DNA of 64,000 nucleotides, from contig NC_086108.1 of assembly GCF_963921235.1 (NCBI RefSeq), positions 3,534,001 to 3,598,000 of the forward strand, read 5' to 3'. Below the pieces are notes generated by a model. It saw only the letters and a program-made list of their open reading frames with translations, was not told where the DNA came from and did no database searches. Made by a program: the position numbers and the translations under genes. This DNA is from Mobula hypostoma (taxonomy: Eukaryota). The stretch's first letter is position 1, and every line of letters begins with the position of its first letter. Shown in pieces: positions 1 to 13,633 of this stretch.

Positions 1-315
1 ATCGATGAAAGATCAACCAGAGTGCAGAAGACAACAAACTGTGCAAATGCAAATACAAATAAATAGCAATAAATAACAAGAACATGAGATAACAAAATAA
101 AGAGTTCTTAAAAGTGACTTTTTTGATTGTAGGAACATTTCAATAGATGGGGCAAGTGAGCATAGTTATCCCCTTTTGTTCAAGAGTCTGGTGGTTGAGG
201 GGTAGTAACTGTTCTTGAACCTGGTGGTGTGGGTCCTGAGGCTCTTGTACCTTCTACCTGATGGCAGCCATTGAGAAGAGAGCATGGCCTGGGTGGTGAG
301 GATCTCTGATGATGG
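1..315 (-). mobile_element. Rex1/Babar-like LINE 3' fragment in the H3.3 intron (monomeric parent of the 95-bp unit)
   Basis: Minus strand reads like LPSGRRYKSLRTHTTRFKNSYYPSTTRLLN, followed by the family 3' UTR. Confidence 0.7.
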
Positions 316-343
316 TGTACTGAATTAAGTCGTGTGTGTATAA

Positions 344-562
<219 letters not shown>

Positions 563-1110
563 AAACGAAAGAGACAAAAAGAAAAATCATGTTTTACCGT
601 GGGTCTTCTGTATTATTAGTAAAGGCTATCTTTTTTTTTTCCTTATTCATAGTAGGCTACATCATCTGAGCATATAATCTTGATTGTTTCAAAAAAAGAG
701 GTTTAGGTCTCCTGTATTTGTATGTCCCAAAAAAACTTTGTTGAAATGTTAACTAACTTTCAGTGGTGTTTTTTGTAAAATTTGTTTTTCATACCAGCAA
801 GCAATTAAAAAAAGGGAGAATTTATACAATACAAGGTTTTGTAACAAAACCCAATTTACAACTCAGTACAGTGGGCAGGGAAGCACACGGACCTGCTTTC
901 TATTAGCAATCTGTAAGATATTCATACAGATCACTATGCATTTTTGTGTGTGTTTTTTTCACTTATATTTGATAATTCTGCATTCTAGGGATAGGCATAA
1001 TGATTTTTTTTTCCTGTTTCAATATTATGTGTCACAAAATGTTTGATTTTGATCTTTGTAATTTCAAAATTTTCCCATGAAAAATAATATTAAATAGATA
1101 CAGAAAAAGA
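563..1110 (+). other. H3.3 3' UTR with candidate poly(A) signal ATTAAA (1089-1094)
   Basis: About 530 bp of AT-rich, repeat-free sequence after the stop. No histone stem-loop. ATTAAA is followed by GT-rich sequence. Confidence 0.6.
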
Positions 1111-1834
1111 AGTCCAGGATGTGTGCTTTTCTACACTGCTTCTAGTCCAAGTTTCTGGGAGTCACCTAAACTGGCATGTGCTTTTGAGTTTACCATTCCA
1201 GATTTATGTTTTTTCAACTTCCGCTCTCTGCCTCCAAGTAGAGTCCTAAAGAGATTCCTGCCACTGTCTGTAAGGAGTTTTTAACCTTCTCCCCATGACC
1301 GCGTGTTACCTCACACATCCCAAAGACGTGTTAGTAGATTGATTGGGTGACACGACTTGTTGGGCTGGAAGGCATGTTACTGTGCTGTATCTTTAAATAG
1401 ACTAGACACATAAAGGATGTTGGATCTAATCACTATAAACCACCCACTTACACCTGTTCCACATTAATCCCATTCTTTATTCACATTTTCTCATAAACCC
1501 CTGATTCTATCCAATTTTTTTTCATGCTTAGCTTTATTTGACACATGTATTTTGGAATATAGAGTGAAATGTGCTATTTGTGACTGCAGGTGTCATAGCA
1601 TACCAATGACTCGCTTACCTTAACCCACGTACCTTTGGAATGTGTGAGGAAACCAGAGCACCTGGAAGAAACCCATATGGTCACAGACAACATACAACTC
1701 ATCACAGACAGCGACAGGAATTTAACCCTGATCTTCCGATCTTTGTCACTGTAAAGCATTGTGTTAACCATTATGCCATAGTGCTGTACTGTAGGAAATC
1801 TAGAGACTGAGATGTGGGAATCGTGGTGCCACAG

Positions 1835-2100
1835 TAGGGCAGCAGTTAGCGTTACACTATTACAGCTCACATTCCAGAGTTCAGAGTTCAGTTCTGGCGT
1901 TGTTCTGTCAGAATGCATGGAATTTCTCAGAGTGCTCTGGTTTCCTCCCACAGTCCAAAGATGGTACTGGGGAGGTTGATTAGTCATTGTAAATTGCCCC
2001 GTGATTGGGTTAGGGCTAATCAGGCTTGTGGGGTTGCTGGGGCAGTGTGGCTCAAAAGGCCGGAAGGACCCACTCCATGGTGTATCACTAAATCAAATAG
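1835..2100 (+). mobile_element. tRNA-derived V-SINE (HE1-like); further decayed pieces at about 1250-1395 (+) and 1600-1790 (-)
   Basis: tRNA-like head, V-domain motif ggtttcctcccacagtccaaaga, and CR1-like tail. Confidence 0.65.
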
Positions 2101-2280
2101 AGCACTGAAGGAACTCAGTAGGTCGGGCAGTACCTAGGGAGGCAATTGATATTCTATACAATGGTAGCATGGGTATACTGGCAAAATACTCCTTTTGGGT
2201 CAAGCCATACTACACTACCTCAGCTCAAAGGGTCAGGATAATTAGCTTAGTATTCCTGGGCAAGGCAGCAGCTATATTTC

Positions 2281-3040
2281 AGATTATTATCTGAATGGTG
2301 GCCGATTAGGAAAAGGGGAGGTGCAACGAGACCTGGGTGTCATTATACACCAGTCATTGAAAGTGGGCATGCAGGTACAGCAGGCGGTGAAAAAGGCGAA
2401 CGGTATGCTGGCATTTATAGCGAGAGGATTCGAGTACAGGAGCAGGGAGGTACTACTGCAGTTGTACAAGGCCTTGGTGAGACCACACCTGGAGTATTGT
2501 GTGCAGTTTTGGTCCCCTAATCTGAGGAAAGACATCTTTGCCATAGAGGGAGTACAAAGAAGGTTCACCAGATTGATTCCTGGGATGGCAGGTCTTTCAT
2601 ATGAAGAAAGACTGGATGAACTGGGCTTGTACTCGTTGGAATTTAGAAGATTGAGGGGGGATCTGATTGAAACGTATAAGATCCTAAAGGGATTGGACAG
2701 GCTAGATGCAGGAAGATTGTTCCCGATGTTGGGGAGGTCTAGAACGAGGGGTCACAGTTTGAGGATAGAGGGGAAGCCTTTTAGGACCGAGGTTAGGAAA
2801 AACTTCTTCACACAGAGAGTGGTGAATCTGTGGAATTCTCTGCCACAGCAAACTGTTGAGGCCAGTTCATTAGCTATGTTTAAAAGGAAGTTAGATATGG
2901 CCCTTGTGGCTACAGGGGTCAGGGGGTATGGAGGGAAGGCTGGGTTCTGAGTTGGATGATCAGCCATGATCATAATAAATGGCGGTGCAGGCTCGAAGGG
3001 CCGAATGGCCTACTCCTGCACCTATTTTCTATGTTTCTAT
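2281..3040 (+). mobile_element. Young CR1 LINE, 5'-truncated (C-terminal ORF2 plus 3' UTR)
   Basis: ORF 2321-2950 (LYKALVRPHLEYCVQFW...FFTQRVVNLWNSLP), (TTTCTATG)n tail, and CTATATTTC duplication at 2272-2280/3037-3045. Confidence 0.93.
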
Positions 3041-3045
3041 ATTTC

Positions 3046-3570
3046 GTGAGAAATCTGGTTTGTCACCTAAAATGCTCAAAATTCTACAGATGTACTGGGG
3101 AAAGTATTCTGACTGGGTACATCACTGTCTGCTTTGGGGGGCACTGCACAGAATTGAAGTAAGTTAGTCAGTTCCATCATGGCACTAGCTTCTGTAGTAT
3201 CCAAGACCTCTTCAAAGAGTGGTGCCTCAGGAAGTTGGCGGCCATCATTAAGGACCTCCACTACCCAGGACATGCCCTCTTCTTACGACTGTCAGGAGCC
3301 TGAAGGCACACATTCATTGATTCAGGAACAGCTTCTTCCCCTCTGCATCGATTTCTAAATGGACATTGAACCCATGAATACTACCTCGCTACTTTTTTTG
3401 ATTTATTTCCGTTTTTGCAGTACGTACTTATTTTATAACTATTTAATATACATATACTATATATACTTTCATTTAGTTTTCTGTCTATATTTACCATGTG
3501 TTGCATTGTACTGCTGCCACAAAGTTAACAAATTTCACGACATGTGCTGGTGATTTTGATTCTGATTCTC
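3046..3570 (+). mobile_element. Rex1-like LINE 3' fragment (begins about 2255, split by the CR1)
   Basis: Decayed FYRCT.ESILTG.IT motif and (GATTCT)n tail. Confidence 0.7.
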
Positions 3571-3679
3571 ACATCTTCCGTTCCGGACCAAAGTTTAAAC
3601 AGGTCAGTGGCATGTCTGAGATTGTTATATTCATGGTAATGGCTGGGCATAGAATTAATTATAAGTACTCACACTTTGA

Positions 3680-4285
3680 AATCAAGTCAAGTTTATTGTC
3701 CCTTAACTATATAAATGTTATATGACATAACATTTTTCCAGACCAGGGTGTTAAGACACATAAAATGCACAATAACTTAGGAAAGTAAGAATTAAATCTA
3801 CAGATGAATTATGCATAAATATACAAGGTAAAGTGCATAAATTAAATATTGTAGGGTACAGTACAAATTATCTGGTGACACACTCAATGTGCTGCAGCAG
3901 GGAGTTCAGAAACCTAATGGCCTGAGGGAAGAAGCTGTTTCCCATCCCGACCGTTCTTGTTTTTATACATTAGAGTCTCCTGCCTGAGGGTAGAAAGTCA
4001 AAGAGGATGCTGGATGGATAGGTGGGATCCTCGATAATACTAAGCGCTCCTGACAAGTATCCCCAGTGGATGATAGGGAGACCCCTATGATCCTCTCAGT
4101 CATTCTCATGGACTGTAGGGTTCGATGCTCTGCTGCTTCCATAGCAGACAGAGATGCAGCTTGTCAGGACACTCTCAATAGCACTCCTGTAACATACAGT
4201 TAAGATGTGGAGGTGGGTGGAGGGAGCCTCGCTCACCTCAATCTCCTCAGAATGTGGAGGCACTGCTGTGCCTTCTTGTTCAGGG
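3680..4285 (-). mobile_element. Rex1-like LINE 3' fragment
   Basis: YRSAIESVLTSCISVCYG in ORF 4096-4455; TCAAG-repeat tail at the left end. Confidence 0.65.
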
Positions 4286-4454
4286 AGGTATCTCTGACCT
4301 GAAACATCTTCTCTTCCCACAGATGCTGCTTGAACTGGTGAGTGTTTCCAGCAATTTTGTAGTGTTATTTCAGATTTCAAGCTGGTTCCATTTTTTTTTC
4401 CCTTCTCATTTACGCACAGCAAAACTGAATATTCACTGTCCAATTTTTGAAACA

Positions 4455-4865
4455 TTCCTATGTTTGGGTATCTTTTCTCTGAAACGTCAAGAGGTTGAGG
4501 GGAGACCTGATAAGATGTTTACAAGATTATGAGAGGCATAGAGTGGACAGAGAGTATCTGTTTCCCAGGGTTAAAATGTCCAATACCAGTGGGCATGCAA
4601 TGAAGGTGAGAGGGGGTGGGTTTTTTACTCAGAGAGTGGTGGATGTCTGGAATGCACTGCCTGGTCTGATGGTAGAGGCAAATACATTAGAGGCTTTTAA
4701 GAGACATTTGCATAGGCCCATGGATGTGAGGAAGATGGAGGGATATGGACATGGTGTTGGGGGGAGGGATTAGTGTTTGGGTGTTTTTGATTTGCTTTTT
4801 AGCTGGTTTGGCACAACATTGTGGGCTGAATGGTCTGTTCCTGTGCTGTACTCTTCTATGTTTTA
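4455..4865 (+). mobile_element. CR1 LINE 3' fragment
   Basis: RGDLI...FFTQRVVDVWNALP...AFKRHL and CR1 3' UTR. Confidence 0.8.
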
Positions 4866-5574
4866 TCTCACTTGCCCTAGTTCTGTTTCCTGCACTCATT
4901 TTAAAATTACCAAGACTCTTGATTTCATGTGCCCTCTTCACACTCAGGGTCCCATTTCAACACTATCTTCAAGCTCACTGAGTCCATTAGAACATCTGAG
5001 AGATTACAAATGCTCAAATCTGGAGTGAAAACAAAAAACCTGCTGGAGGAATTTAGCAGGTCTGGCTCAGCTGTGACGGGAAACTGAAAATCCATGTTCT
5101 CAAGACCCTTCATCTGGACTGAAATTTGAAACTTATTATACTGCTTTGGGTTCAGTTCTGCTGCCGTCTGCAAGGAGTAGAGGGCGGGGTGGTAACATGT
5201 TCAATTCTGCCACTCTCTGTAAGAAGTTTATACATTCTCCCACATTCCAAAGACGTATGGGTTAGAGGTTTAATTTATCACATCGGTGTAACTGGGCAGC
5301 ACAGGCATGTTGCGCAGAAAAGGTCCGTTACCATCCTGTTTCTACTGTTGTAAGAGTAATAAAGCACTAGTGCAGAAAAAGACCTTTTGGCCCATCCGTC
5401 CAGTCTGTGCATAACTTATTTGCCTAGTCCCATCGACCCACATCTGGGTCATAGACTTACAGACATATGGATCATACTTCTTCCATCCATGTACTTATCC
5501 AAACTTCTCTTAAAACTGAGGTTGATAGGTTCTTGATTCGTAAGGATGTTGAAGTTTACATATCACAAAGGTTG

Positions 5575-6452
5575 AGGGTGTTGTGGATAGTGTGGAGGGC
5601 TGTCAGTGAGGAGGTTACAGTGGGACATCGATAGGATGCAAAAATGGGCTGAGAAGTGGCAGATGGAGTTCAACCCAGATAAGTGTGAGGTAGTTCATTT
5701 TGGTAGGTCAAATATGGTTGCAGAATATAGTATTGTGGCGACCCACTTTCTACACAAGCAAACCGGCTTACAAAATAGTGCGGGAAGAGACTTTTTTTAA
5801 TGCACCTGTGATGTCATTTCCGCCCGGAGAGGGCTGGAAGGGAACTGCTTAAAAGCCAGTGCCGTGAAGTTTGAATAAACGAGTCTCGAGTGCGACTTAC
5901 AGACTGCGTGTCATTATTTCTAGCTCTGTGTGTAGCACATCACTACAGTATTAATGGTAAGACTCTTGGCAGTGTGGAGGATCAGAGGAATCTTGGGGTC
6001 CAAATCCATAGGACACTCAAAGCTGCTGCACAGGTTGACTCTGGTTAAGAAGGCATATGGTGTATTGGCCTTCATCAACCATGTCGAGGAAACCTGGTGA
6101 TTTAAGATGATGAGAGACATTGATCATGTGGATAGTCAGAGGCTTTTTCCCAGGGCTGAAATGGCTAACACAAGAGGGCACAGTTTTAAGGTGCTTGGAA
6201 GTAGGTTCAGAGGAGATGTCAGGGGTAAGTTTTTTTTACGCAGAGAGTGGTGAGTGCATGGAATGGGCTGCCGGCGACTGTGGTGGAGGTGGACACAAAT
6301 GGGTCTTTTAAGAGACTCCTGGATAGATACATCGTGCTTAGAAAAATAGAGTGATGGGTAACCCTAGGTAATCTCTAAAGTAAGTATATATTTGGTACAA
6401 CATTGTGGGCTGAAGGGCCTGTGTTGTGCTGTAGGTTTTCTATGTTCTATGT
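5575..6452 (+). mobile_element. CR1 LINE 3' part, internally deleted and interrupted by a solo LTR
   Basis: WAEKWQMEFNPDKCEVVHFG and TTCTATG tail. Confidence 0.8.
5734..5947 (+). mobile_element. Short solo LTR (214 bp, Gypsy-like)
   Basis: TGT...ACA termini, 4-bp TSD GTAT (5730-5733/5948-5951), AATAAA at 5874. Removing it restores the CR1 sequence gaatatagtattaatggt. Confidence 0.82.
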
Positions 6453-6774
6453 TTACAGAAGGAGGCAGAAACTATGGAAAGCAGGAGAATAGGGTTGAGA
6501 GGTAAAATAAATCAGCCATGATTGAATGATGGAGTGGACTTGATGGGCCAATTATATTGAAATCGATCCCACGTCTACCACTTATGCTGGGAACTCATTA
6601 CACACTCTTGGCACCCTCTGAGTGCAGAAGATCCCCCTCATGTTCACCTTAAATTTTTAACCTTTCTTTCTTAACCTATGACCTGAACCTTTCACAGAAT
6701 CGGAGTCAGGTTGAATATCACTGGCATAAGTCGAGGAAATTTGGTGCTTTGTGGCAGCAGTTATCTTCATCATT

Positions 6775-7140
6775 ATGTGCCATGTTATATGACGTGACAA
6801 TCATGATCTCATGACCATGATTGATGTTGGCAATCTCTTCTACAGTAGTGACTTGCCATTGCCTTCTTCTAGGCACTGTCTTAACAAGACGGGTGACCCC
6901 AGCTATTATCAGTACTAGGTTGTCTGCCTGGCATCAATGGTCACATAAGGAGTACTTGTGAAACGCTACTCACACGACCATCCACCACCTGCTGTCATGG
7001 CTTCACATGACCCTCATCGGGGGAAGAGGGATGCTGGTGGCTAAGCGGGTGCTACACCTTGCCAAGGTTGACGTGCAGGCAAGCAGAGGGATGGAGCGTC
7101 TTACACTTTATTTGGTAGAGATGTATCTCCACCTCGCAGC
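6775..7140 (-). mobile_element. RTE-related short interspersed element
   Basis: Minus strand has a gaagaaggcaatggcaa motif resembling BovB/RTE ends and an (ATG)n-like tail. Confidence 0.45.
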
Positions 7141-7419
7141 AGCAGTACTTTCAGGAGATGTAGTAAAAGCAGAGCACTGGAGAAGATGCAGCAGTAAACC
7201 GCAGCTTAAATAATAGACCATGAAATAACAAGCCATGAGGGGCCACAATAGAGAACAGACACTAAACACAACAGGCAACAAGGTGAACTGTAGGCAGGAA
7301 GAGTGAAAGCTAGGAGCAATAGATTGAGGCCAGCTGGTTCGATGAGTGAACAAGGACTGTGGCTGAGAAATAGAGTTAAATAGGCTGCAAGTGATGAGCC
7401 TGGAATGAGCAGCAGGTGG

Positions 7420-8007
<588 letters not shown>

Positions 8008-8863
8008 CAATGGGTTCCAGTTAATTGAGAAACATCAAGTACATTTTGACCCAATTAAGCAAATGGCTCAATTAGCTGGAGTTTCGTGGAAATGGTTAAA
8101 AAGGTATCAAAAAGACAAACTACTGTTTAACTGAATAACAAATTATGTGTTTAAAAGAAATACAGAACAGAACACTGCCAATACTAAAACAATGTACACA
8201 CTAAAACTGTGTATTAATTCCCGATAGTTATCGATGGAGGAATTCATCCAGTGTACGCTGCTGTGTTCTTTTGGTTGACCGTAAATGAACAAAATCAGCC
8301 TAAGACACCTAGTGTAGATAATGGACTGCCTTCATACAATGTTTTCAACGATTCTGTCCTCCAAATCTTCATTTTCATTGTTGCATTTAAGATGATTGTC
8401 AATACTTTCAAATTATTTGTAGTTCTTGTTGAAAAAGTGAAATTGCTTCATTGCAAGTTCCTGGCATCTCCAAAACTGAATGCTTGAAACTGTAATGCAG
8501 AAAACAACTCTGTATGGCCTTACCGCTTACTTCTCACCGACCAGCAGTGACAAAAATCACTGCTTTTCGAACACAGACACATGCGTCTGTGTTCAAAAAG
8601 CAGTGATTAAAAAAACTGTTAAAATGCTATTTAAAACCTGTTCGTTCTAAGCATGGTGTAGTGTCTAATGGCCACAGCAAGTGCACATGGCTGACACTAG
8701 TTAGAAAAAGTTCAGCAAAAGTCGCCTTGCCCGATGAAATATCTTAGTGTCCATAATAAATGGAGGGAATCCCAGCCATTTTCTCGTTTTATGTTTTTCA
8801 AGCGTTGTCCCAAATAAGCGGCTGTCTCAATTAATCGATGACCCAATTAATCAGAATCCATTA
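8008..8863 (-). mobile_element. Non-autonomous Tigger/pogo-like DNA transposon
   Basis: Imperfect TIRs caatgggttccagttaattg / caattaatcagaatccatta, TA at the right end, and a decayed transposase C-terminus on the minus strand. A partial second copy lies at 28147-28520. Confidence 0.65.
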
Positions 8864-9835
8864 TATATAAAAATTAAATATGTCGTGCAAAACAAGAGCA
8901 AAAAAGTGGGAAAAAAATAGTGAGATAATGTACACGGATTCATTGTCCATTCAGAAATCTGATGGTGGAGGGGAAGAAACTGTTTATAAATGTTGAATAG
9001 GTGCCTTCAGGTTCGGGTACCTCCTCCTTGATAGTAGCAATGGGAAGAGGACATGCCCTGGGTGAAGGGGACACTAAACCTATCTCTAAATAAATAAAAA
9101 AAATTAAAAGAGTGTGCAACATAAAAAACTGAACCGGGAGTGAGTTGAAGTACTAATAAAAGCACAATGCAGTACTTTAGAAAATCTGCTAATCCAATGC
9201 CACAGAAGTCTTGAGGATGCTGGATTATCAGAGTTTTATTATACATGGACTCTGGCTAGCTACATATTGGATTTAAGTTTAACACAGGAAAAATGGGCTG
9301 GGAAAAAAAATAGCAGATCGCATTTAATGCAGGTAAGTGTGAGGTGTGCATTTTGAGAGGGCAAATCAGAGTAGATCTCACACAGTGAACAGTAGGGTAC
9401 TAAAGACTGGGGTAGAACAGAGAGATCCGGGAATAATGCTCCAAATTCATTGAATGTGGTGTCCCAGGTAGATAGGGTTGTAAAGAAAGCTTTTGGCACA
9501 TTGAAGTGACCTGCCGAAAGGTTTCGGTCTGAAGTGCTGACTGTACTTTTTTCCATCAATGCTGCCTGGCCTGCTGAGCTCCTCCAGCATGTTGTGTGTG
9601 TTGTCCTGACACATATACCTTCGTAAATCAAAGTGCTGAGTACAGAAGTTGGGATGTTATGTTGAAGTTGTACAAGACATTGAATTGGCTAAGTTTGGAG
9701 TATTGTCTGCAGCTCCACTCACCTACCTACAGGAAAGACATCAATAAGATTAAAAGAGTGCAGAGAAAAATTACAAGGATGATGCTGGGACTGAGGACCT
9801 GAGTTATAGGGAGAGGTTGAACAGGTTATGACTTT

Positions 9836-9965
9836 GCAACACACATCAAAGTTGCTGGTGAACGCAGCAGGCCAGGCAGCATCTCTAGGAAGAGGTACAG
9901 TCGACGTTTCGGGCCGAGACCCTTCGTCAGGACTAACCGAAAGAAGAGCTTGTAAGAGATTTATT
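9836..9965 (-). mobile_element. Penelope-like element (PLE) pseudo-LTR fragment
   Basis: 10-bp TSD TTATGACTTT (9826-9835/9966-9975). Sequence shared with other PLE ends in the window. Confidence 0.8.
9898..9935 (-). ncRNA. Minimal type I hammerhead ribozyme motif (PLE-type)
   Basis: Minus strand reads UAGUC CUGACGA A GGGU CUCG GCCC GAAA CG UC|GACUG: intact core boxes, helix I UAGUC/GACUG, helix II, and helix III reduced to the palindrome ACGU. Confidence 0.78.
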
Positions 9966-11049
9966 TTATGACTTTATTCCCTGGAGTGTTGGAGAATGAA
10001 GGGAGATCGAGGTTTACAAAATTATGATGGGTACAGATAGGGTTAATACAAACAGGCTTTTTCCAGTGAGGTTGGGTGAGATTAGAGCTAGAGGTCATGG
10101 TTAAGGGTGAAAGGTGAAATATTTGAGGGGAACTTCTCCACTCAGAAGGTGGTACAAGTGTGGAATGAGCTGCCAGCAGAAGTGATTGATGAGGGTTTGA
10201 TTGAAACATTTAAGAGAAATTAACAGAGTGTACGTGGATGGAAGGGGTATGGAAGGCTATGGCCCAGGTGCGGGTCAATGGGACTAGGCATAGTAACGTT
10301 TCAGTACGGTCTAGTCCATAGACCAAGTAGTCCATTTCTGTGCAGTGCTGCCTCTGACTGAGTTTGTGTGGCCGCTCTCCTCAGATGCTGACAAAAAATG
10401 TTTTTGATATTTTGAGATTTATTTGATTATTGGACTGTACTTTACATTGGTCTCCTTCAGTTTTTGGCGTTTTCTTTCTTGTAGCCGTTTGGCGGGTGGG
10501 CGAAACATTTTGTGGGAGGGAGGAGTAGGGGATTAGGTGTTTTTTTTGTGTGTGAGAGAGGGGGTTGGGAGTTTGATGTTGCTGTCTCTGTATGTCTTTG
10601 CGAGGGAGGGGTTTGAGGTTTTTGATGTTCCAGCTGCCATTTTCCTTGTGGGTGATCTGTTAGCTTTTTGTGTGAGGAACAAGGTGGAGGTTTTGGGGTT
10701 TGAGAGTTTTGTTTCCTTTTCTTTTGTGTGTTGGGGGGGTTGTTGATGTCTTTTCTTTCAGCAACCTGCATGGTTTTTCTGTATTTCGTGGCTATCTGGA
10801 GAAGACAAATATTAGCGTTGTATTGTATATGCATTCTTTGACAATAAAAATTAACCTTTGAACCTTTCAGCTTCTGTTCCTGTTGTAAAATCAGAACAAG
10901 GAAACATACTGAAGTTTCATTTACCCTCAGCACCAACAGAGGGCAGAAAGAGAACATTTGAGACGAGGCTGGAGAAAAGGCAAAACGAAAAGTACTTCAG
11001 ATCTGCAATATAATCAGAAAATGCAGCAGGGAAGATGCACAAATGTGGT

Positions 11050-11240
11050 CACTTCTTCTTGGGCATTTAGCTTCCAGTGGAGTATAGGCCATCGATGACC
11101 TCCCTTCTCCATCGTCCTCTATGCTGAGCCAGTTTCTCAAGGGTGGACCACGAGTGTCCCCATTATCGAATCTCAGCCTCGATGACTCTTCTCTATGTAT
11201 TCTTTGGAAGTCTCTTCTTCCTCTTTCCATGGGGAAAGCA
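11050..11240 (-). mobile_element. RTE-clade LINE 3' fragment
   Basis: Minus strand reads approximately GKRKKRLPKNT*RRVIEAEIR*WGHSWSTLEKLAQHRGRWRR, with a (GAA)n tail. Confidence 0.6.
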
Positions 11241-11503
11241 GCCTACACTTTTGTCTCAATGTCTCAACCTTCTGTGACGCTTCCGTCGGTGACACTGGCA
11301 AGGAATCTGGTCATCCATGGGGCCTCAGCCCGAAGGTGTACGTCTTCCAGGCTGCACCTGGGTATATCAAAAGCGCTAGACGCTTGGCGAGCTCTGGGAG
11401 CAAGAACCCACTGCCATGAAGAACTGCAGTTTTGTGCAGCTGTACATCATGGACTCCGATAGGACCACAGCCACCTTGAAAAGGAAAGAAAAGCGATTAA
11501 AGA

Positions 11504-12564
11504 TGTAAGGGGTTTCTTCTTTTATGTTACTGCTAAGGCTAATAAAATAGCTTCTTTGTTATGTTCGTGTGAGCACGTGGCCAAGTGGTTAAGGCATTGG
11601 ACTAGCAGACCTGAAGGTTGTTTGTTTGAGTCCCAGCCGAGGCAGCATGTTGTGTCCTTGAGCAAGGCACTTAACCACACGTTGCTCTGTGACGACACCG
11701 GTGCCAAGCTGTATGGGTCCTAATGCCCTTCCCTTGGACAACATTGGTGTCATGGAGAGGGGAGACTTGCAGCATGGGCTACTGCTGGTCTTCCATACAA
11801 CCTTGACCAGGCCTGCGCCCTGGAGAGTGAAGACTTTCCAGACGCAGATCCATGGTCTCGCAAGACTAACGGATGCCTTTGTTATGTGAAAAATAAAATA
11901 GCTTCTCTGTGATGTTAACTGCTGAGACAGTGGTTTTCTCTCTCTAGCAGCTTGTTTGGGTTATAATTACTGATAAAGAGAATTGTATTCATTTGCTAAC
12001 CAATTGGGATAGATGTTATTCTTTCTTGTGCGTCTGTAAGCTATTGTTTTCGTGGGCTTTGGGGCAGAAGGCGCGATGGGGACAGAGAGAGGAGACGCGA
12101 TGCTGTAAATTGGGCGACGGAACAGACCCCGAGTGGGAGTCTGAGGCCCAGGGTCTTCGGCGAGGAGAGGATACGAGGACAGACTCGTGTGGAGCGTCTG
12201 GTCGACCACTGTGGTTGGTCCCAGGCGGCGGGTCGAGGGGGTCGGAGGAGATCGAACAAATGGTGGAGAGAAGACTCTGTTACTTGAGCTCCAATGGTTG
12301 TGCATGAAGTGGCTGAACTCTGATTCAAAGTTTGGTGCCTTTTACTTCTCCTTTTATATTGTATCTCTATTAATTACATAGTTCCAGTAAGATCTATAAA
12401 TTGTATTCTGTAAATCGCATATGGTGCATTGTCTGTTATTTGGCGGGGTGGGGTACATCACACAGCATCCACACAAACTTGATTACCCAGTTTGGCGGGG
12501 CTGAAGGCTGCTCCCCCCAGACGGAAGCGAGTTGAGCGAGCCTGAGACTTACCAAGGGGCTACA
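11504..12564. mobile_element. Solo LTR (Gypsy-like) containing a SINE insertion
   Basis: TGTA...TACA termini and 4-bp TSD AAGA (11500-11503/12565-12568). Confidence 0.75.
11565..11876 (+). mobile_element. tRNA-derived CORE-type SINE with RTE-like tail
   Basis: A box tggccaagtggttaagg, CORE-like tgtgtccttgagcaaggcacttaacc, and 11-bp TSD CTTTGTTATGT (11554-11564/11877-11887). Confidence 0.85.
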
Positions 12565-12849
12565 AAGAGAAGAAATTAAAGTGTTTCATGGAAGAACTGG
12601 AAGAAGTTGTCCCCTGACACCACCTTTAGCTCCTCCCATCAACACTCCTCTGGCTAATCCACCTCCATTCCCTTTGCATATTTATCATCTGAATTATGTT
12701 CTAGAGCTGCTCATGGGAATTTCAATATTGGCAGCTTTTGGAAGGTGGATGCTTCTGTAATGCCATAAATATGCATCACTGCCTTTATTGTGTTTAAGTA
12801 CTTATTCAAAATTCAAAGTGAATTTATTTTACTTTGGTACATTTTGGTG

Positions 12850-13633
12850 CTACATTGTGGTAGGACTAATCAAAATAGGACATACATGGTAAATGGTAGG
12901 GCATTGAAGAATGCAGTAGAACAGAGGGATCTAGGAATAATGGTGCATAGTTCCCTGAAGGTGGAATCTCATGTGGATAGGGTGGTGAAGAAAGCTTTTG
13001 GTATGCTGGCCTTTATAAATCAGAGCATTGAGTATAGGAGTTGGGATGTAATGTTGAAATTGTATAAGGCATTGGTAAGGCCAAATTTGGAGTATTGTGT
13101 ACAGTTCTGGTCACCGATTTATAGGAAAGATGTCAATAAAATTGAGAGAGTACAGAGGAGGTTTACTAAAATGTGGCCTGGGTTTCATCTCCTAAGTTAC
13201 AGAGAAAGGTTGAACAAGTTGGGTCTTTATTCTTCAGAGCGTAGAAGGTTGAGGGGGGACTTGATAGAGGTATTTAAAATTATGGGGGGATAGATAGAGT
13301 TGACATGGATAGACTTTTTCCATTGAGAGTGGGGGAGATTCAAACAAGAGGACATGAGTTGAGAGTTAAAGGGCAAAAGTTTAGGAGTAACATGAGGGGG
13401 AACTTCTTTACTCAGAGAGTGGTAGCTGTGTGGAACGAGCTTCCAGCAGAAGTGGTTGAGGCAGGTTCGATGTTGTCTAAAGTTAAATTGGATAGATATA
13501 TGGACAGGAAGGGAATGGAGGGTTATGGACCGAGTGTAGGTCGGTGGGACTAAGTGAGAGTAGGAGTTCGGCAAGGACTAGAAGGGCCAAGATGGCCCCT
13601 TTCCGTGCTGTAATTGTTATATGGTTATATGGT
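12850..13633 (+). mobile_element. CR1 LINE 3' part
   Basis: ORFs 12790-13293 and 13305-13553; (TTATATGG)n tail. Confidence 0.88.

Larger units (their letters stand above)
9260..10360 (+). mobile_element. Decayed CR1 LINE 3' part with two Penelope-like insertions
   Basis: EYRSWDVMLKLYKTL...LEYC motif and CR1 3' UTR. Confidence 0.8.

Noticed and set aside
11571..11645. tRNA gene
   Set aside because: It is the head of a SINE, with a degenerate B box and a TSD-flanked body.
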